The position numbers and the translations under genes are program-made. Below are positions 60,300-64,000 of a DNA stretch of 64,000 bases, piece by piece; position 1 is the stretch's first letter, and the number at the start of each line of letters is the position of its first letter. The stretch is from Iphione sp. A-MEVVRFRX5 (lineage: Eukaryota). The DNA lies in NCBI GenBank assembly GCA_976226885.1, contig OZ320314.1:111662001-111726000 (forward strand), read 5' to 3'. The notes under the pieces were generated by a model. The model did no database searches, was not told where the DNA came from, and saw only the letters and a program-made list of their open reading frames with translations.

Positions 60300-63200
60300 T
60301 TTGTAAACCTAGGGGTACCGGGCGTACCCCTCTATACCAGTCCAAGAAAATGAACCCTTTCTCTCCTTGGGGGGGAGTGCCAACCTCCCTCTTTGTAACC
60401 AGACTCAGCTTTCTACAACCATGCACATTCTCCCCCTCCTCCATGCAATTCGTCCTTTACCCACTGAAAGAAGTATAGTCCAACCACAGGGGGGTCGGTA
60501 AATAATGTCACTGGCCTCCGTGAGGCCCTACAGATCCAGTCTGTGAGAATGAGAGTCTGCGTACTATTGCGGCGGTTCAGCCTACCAGGCGAAAGTGGTT
60601 GTGACAGTTCAGCCCCCCCCAAGGAGTCCGACCCCCCAGCCGACCTGACAGGGGGAGGTATCTCTACCCTGCTGCACCGTCTGGGAGGAGGTTACATCTT
60701 CCTCCCCTCCGAGTTGGTCACCCTCTGCCGTTTGGAGGGGTGCCCTCCTCCCTTCGTTGCTGGGGCACGGAACGGCGTGGGAGGAGGTCCCGTCACCTTC
60801 CCTCCCATGTTTGTCACCCTCCGCTGGTTGGAGTGGCACCTTCCTTCTGGCTCGGTTTGGGCCCAGGTCGGTGTGGGAGGAGGTCCCATCACCTTCCCTC
60901 CCATGTTCGTCACCCTACTCCAGATGGAGGGGCACATTCTCAACGATGTTGTCGTGGGAAGGGGGCCCTGCCCCCCCACTCCCTTTGCCCCCCCCCATCC
61001 TCTGAGGCAGAGGGGCTGGCCAGCTGGTGTGGCATGTCATCGTGGGAAGGGGGCCTGGCCCCCCCAATCCCATCTTGGCCCCCCTCCCCCCCGTCACAGG
61101 GGGGGGCTTACTTTCGGTCACGGCCAGAGCAGGAGGTTGTGGCAGTCTCTCCCCTGCTCCCATGGCCCTCCGTGGTGGAAGAGGGCTCGGTCGCAGCTAT
61201 GCTTGGGGTTCGGAGGAGCGCTAGCCCCTCACAAACCAGACTGGAGCTTGGAGGGGGAAGCAGCTTCCCCCCTCCCCTTGTTGGTGTCGGAGGTGGGTCC
61301 CCAGCCTCCAGTCCCTCCCCGGTGGGGACGGTCTCTGGTGCTCGTCGGGCGTCAGCTGCTGCTGGGCTTCCCAGTCCAACACTTGCCGGGCAATTCATCT
61401 CGACTTCTCCACCTCCTCATGGCCGATCTGAACGGTGATGGTTCATGTCCCCCCACCACCCCACCCATTTCCACGTACTGGACTTCTTGTGGGGGCTTCT
61501 CAGGGCTCTGGCCTCCCTCACTGGAATGGATGGGTGGGCCCACCAAGGATCCGAAGGAGGAATCTCCTCCCTCTGCGGCCCCAGGCTGACTGGCCATCTC
61601 TCCCGTCCAGGGCTTCTCTTCCGAGGTTGGCAGAGGAACTGACAGTGGATGCACGGCTGCTAGCAACGTGCCCATGTCCACGGCCCCAAACAGGTCCACC
61701 AGGACCTGGGCCGCTTGATCTACTTCTGCCTGCGGGGCTTTAGGCCCCTCCCCTGCGGAGGAGACAAAGGTTTGGATGGCAACATTGAGTTCATCAGGTC
61801 TCAGGGGCATAGTGGGAGTCCAGAGGAGAGGTGAGGGCACTGTCCACTGATGCATTGGGGTCTTGAGAAGGGGGGATAGGGCCTTATCTGGTAGCCCCCC
61901 CCCTTTCTTTCCTGTCAATTCCGTTTGGGTGGCCGTCGTCTTCCCAGGGGTGCTCCCTGTCCTCTTCCCCTTCAGCAGTTCTGGCGTATGGAGGGATGGC
62001 TTGGAGGGAGTCAGCCCTAGCCCCTTGCCGGGCATCAAGGGGCTAGAGGCTGACAGGCCGGGTCTTAGGTTGGCCATACACATGGCCACCTCGAGGTCAC
62101 TGGCTGCGGCAAGCAGCTTTTCCATGGCCACTGGTGTCAACGGGGAGCCGGGGAATTCCGCTGCGTTGATTCGCTCGATAGCTTCCTGTAATTGGGCATA
62201 GCTTCCCCCATCCCCTCTTTATTGGCCAACTGTCGTACCCGTGGGTGTGCTGGTGGATCAACGTCCGCCTCCTTTGGCTCTGTTTTTTTCCCCTTGGGGG
62301 CGGCAGCATCTTCTTGGAGGGGCCCGCCGCCTTGGTCTGCTTGGTGGGGTTGGCTCTGGTCACCTCTTCTTGGGCACTTCCTCTTCCTCCTTCTTCTTGG
62401 GCCCAGTTTGATGCAACCAGACGCAGGCGGCCAAGTGCGATCGGCGAGGTGGGACACTCTCCTCTGAGGAAGTAGTTTGGATAACTGGCCTCCGCCGCAG
62501 ACTTTCTCTGTGACCCGTGGAGGTTCCGAGCTGGGGGAAAGACGGTGCCCGGCCTGGAGCTCAAAGCGATGGCATTGGGAGGGTTGGCCCAGCGGGCTCG
62601 TTGTCGGAGGTCGAGGGGAGTCATGGCTTCTTTCTTTTCAGTGGTGTCTGGGTATCGGCTCGCTGGGGGGACTTTGGATGAGGATAACTCTACTCCTCCC
62701 TCTTCTGACTTCTTTTCTTCTCCTTATTGCAACAGCTGTGGTGGGATGCCAAGGTTGCTGAGGCTGCTTCTCTGAACTTTCTTCAGTTGAGGTGCCCTCA
62801 CGCCGGGCTGCCGCAAGTGCCCCCACAGGTTTTGTGACCCCGGCTTCCAGTAGAACTCATAGTATTCTTCCTTGAGGGTCGGCATAATTTTCTGGGACCC
62901 TCCCTCAGTGAGATGGGTCTTCGAGCCCCTCAGCATCCCCATGCAAATCCTTCAGAACTGTGTGTATGCACGTGCCGCTTGAGGTTGTCTTTTCAATCAC
63001 ACTCGAATGATTGAAGATCCTGGGGACCACTGTTGCTTATATTTGAATTTCGTGCCGCACCTCCCTCTGCTTCAATCTCATTGGCAAAGGGGGCTCCTCC
63101 GCATTTCTGCCTCCTCTGCACCTTCCGTTTGGCCCTCTGATTGGTTGCTTTTCTTTGAACCCCAATGGTCATGGAATCGCGGAGGGACAGCGGTTTTCTC

Positions 63201-64000
63201 CGCATTCTGTCCAAGTCATCTCGTTTGATGCGGAGTGTTGCTATGATGATGCTGAGTTCCCCCCGGACTCCCTGCTTCAGAAGATCGGCATGTACCACCT
63301 TCTCTCGGCGCCCTTTCTTGATACGGTAGACAGCTTCTGGTAGTTGCTTGCTAACTCGCCATTGGCCTTACCAGTATCATTGCAGCTTCGGTGACAGCCC
63401 TTGTCTCTTCAGTGGAAGGAAGAGGTAGACCTCCTTGCCCTCCGTGAACTTTTGGGGCCTCACTTGCTGGTTGTACCAGTCCGTCTGCTGGTGAATTCCC
63501 TCAGCTAGTCACTGGTTGGCTAGCTGGTAGGCCTGTCTCATTCACTCCATCTGCTGTCACGCCTAAGGCCCAACCTCCATACCCTCCTCTTGCAGAGGGC
63601 CCCCATAGGCAACTTCGATGGGGAGCGTGGTTTCTCGGTTCAACAGAAGGAAATTTGGGGAGAACTTAGTGGTCCGGTGGGGGGTTGCCCAATAGGCAGC
63701 TGTGATTAAGGGAAGCCGGAGATCCCAACCGCGTTGGTCCTCCCGCATGGTGGTAGCGAGCATGTGTTCCAGGGTCCAGTTAAACCTCTCAAGCATCCCA
63801 TCTGCCTGAGGATGGTAGGGGGTCGTTCTGGTTTTCTGAACTCCACAATGCGCAAGCAGTTGTCCCACCAACTCTGCCTCAAAGTTCTGCCCTTGGTCGC
63901 TATGAATGACCTGCGGAGGGCCGAACCTGCAAATTACTTCCTTGATCAGTACTTCTGCTGTAGCCTCCACGGTTTGCTCCTTGAGTGGGAAAGCCTCTAC
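60300..64000 (-). mobile_element. Gypsy element F, 3' part: integrase plus about 2.8 kb of post-integrase GC-rich coding-like region; continues off the right edge
   Basis: HSDQGQNFE, TTPYHPQADG, VVHADLLK. Left boundary and 3' LTR not resolved. Confidence 0.85.
60660..60950. repeat. Three 96-bp tandem repeats inside element F
   Basis: TGGGAGGAGGT anchors at 60682, 60778 and 60874. Confidence 0.85.

Overview
Metazoan genomic DNA (AT-rich host sequence, GC-rich transposons; organism not identifiable from the window). The backbone is a large minus-strand host gene running off both ends. It is built from a tandemly repeated 6-exon unit (X1-X2-Y1-Y2-Z1-Z2, 987 nt, 329 aa) that encodes three different Calx-beta-like, N-glycosylation-rich extracellular domains. 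Each domain is split into a phase 1-2 and a phase 2-1 half-exon. I can place 20 exons, all open with intact splice sites; 17 are in gene orientation and 3 (X1c, Y2d, Z1d) lie inverted in place on the plus strand. The introns are packed with mobile DNA: six Ty3/Gypsy LTR elements or remnants (A nested in B; C and E are one insertion duplicated with the exon unit; D is full length with both LTRs; F is partial), three LINE fragments, a DIRS/Ngaro-like fragment, a piggyBac remnant and several MITE-like elements. Most notable: (1) the combinatorial half-domain exon array, with in-place inversions and hypervariable sites in domain Y; (2) a long C2H2 zinc-finger accessory ORF in the env position of Gypsy D, with an apparent analogue in Gypsy F; (3) GGGAAAC -1 frameshift sites with H-type pseudoknots; (4) a DIRS fragment bracketed by a 60-bp direct duplication. 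Alignments and counts were done by eye, and no database searches were possible.
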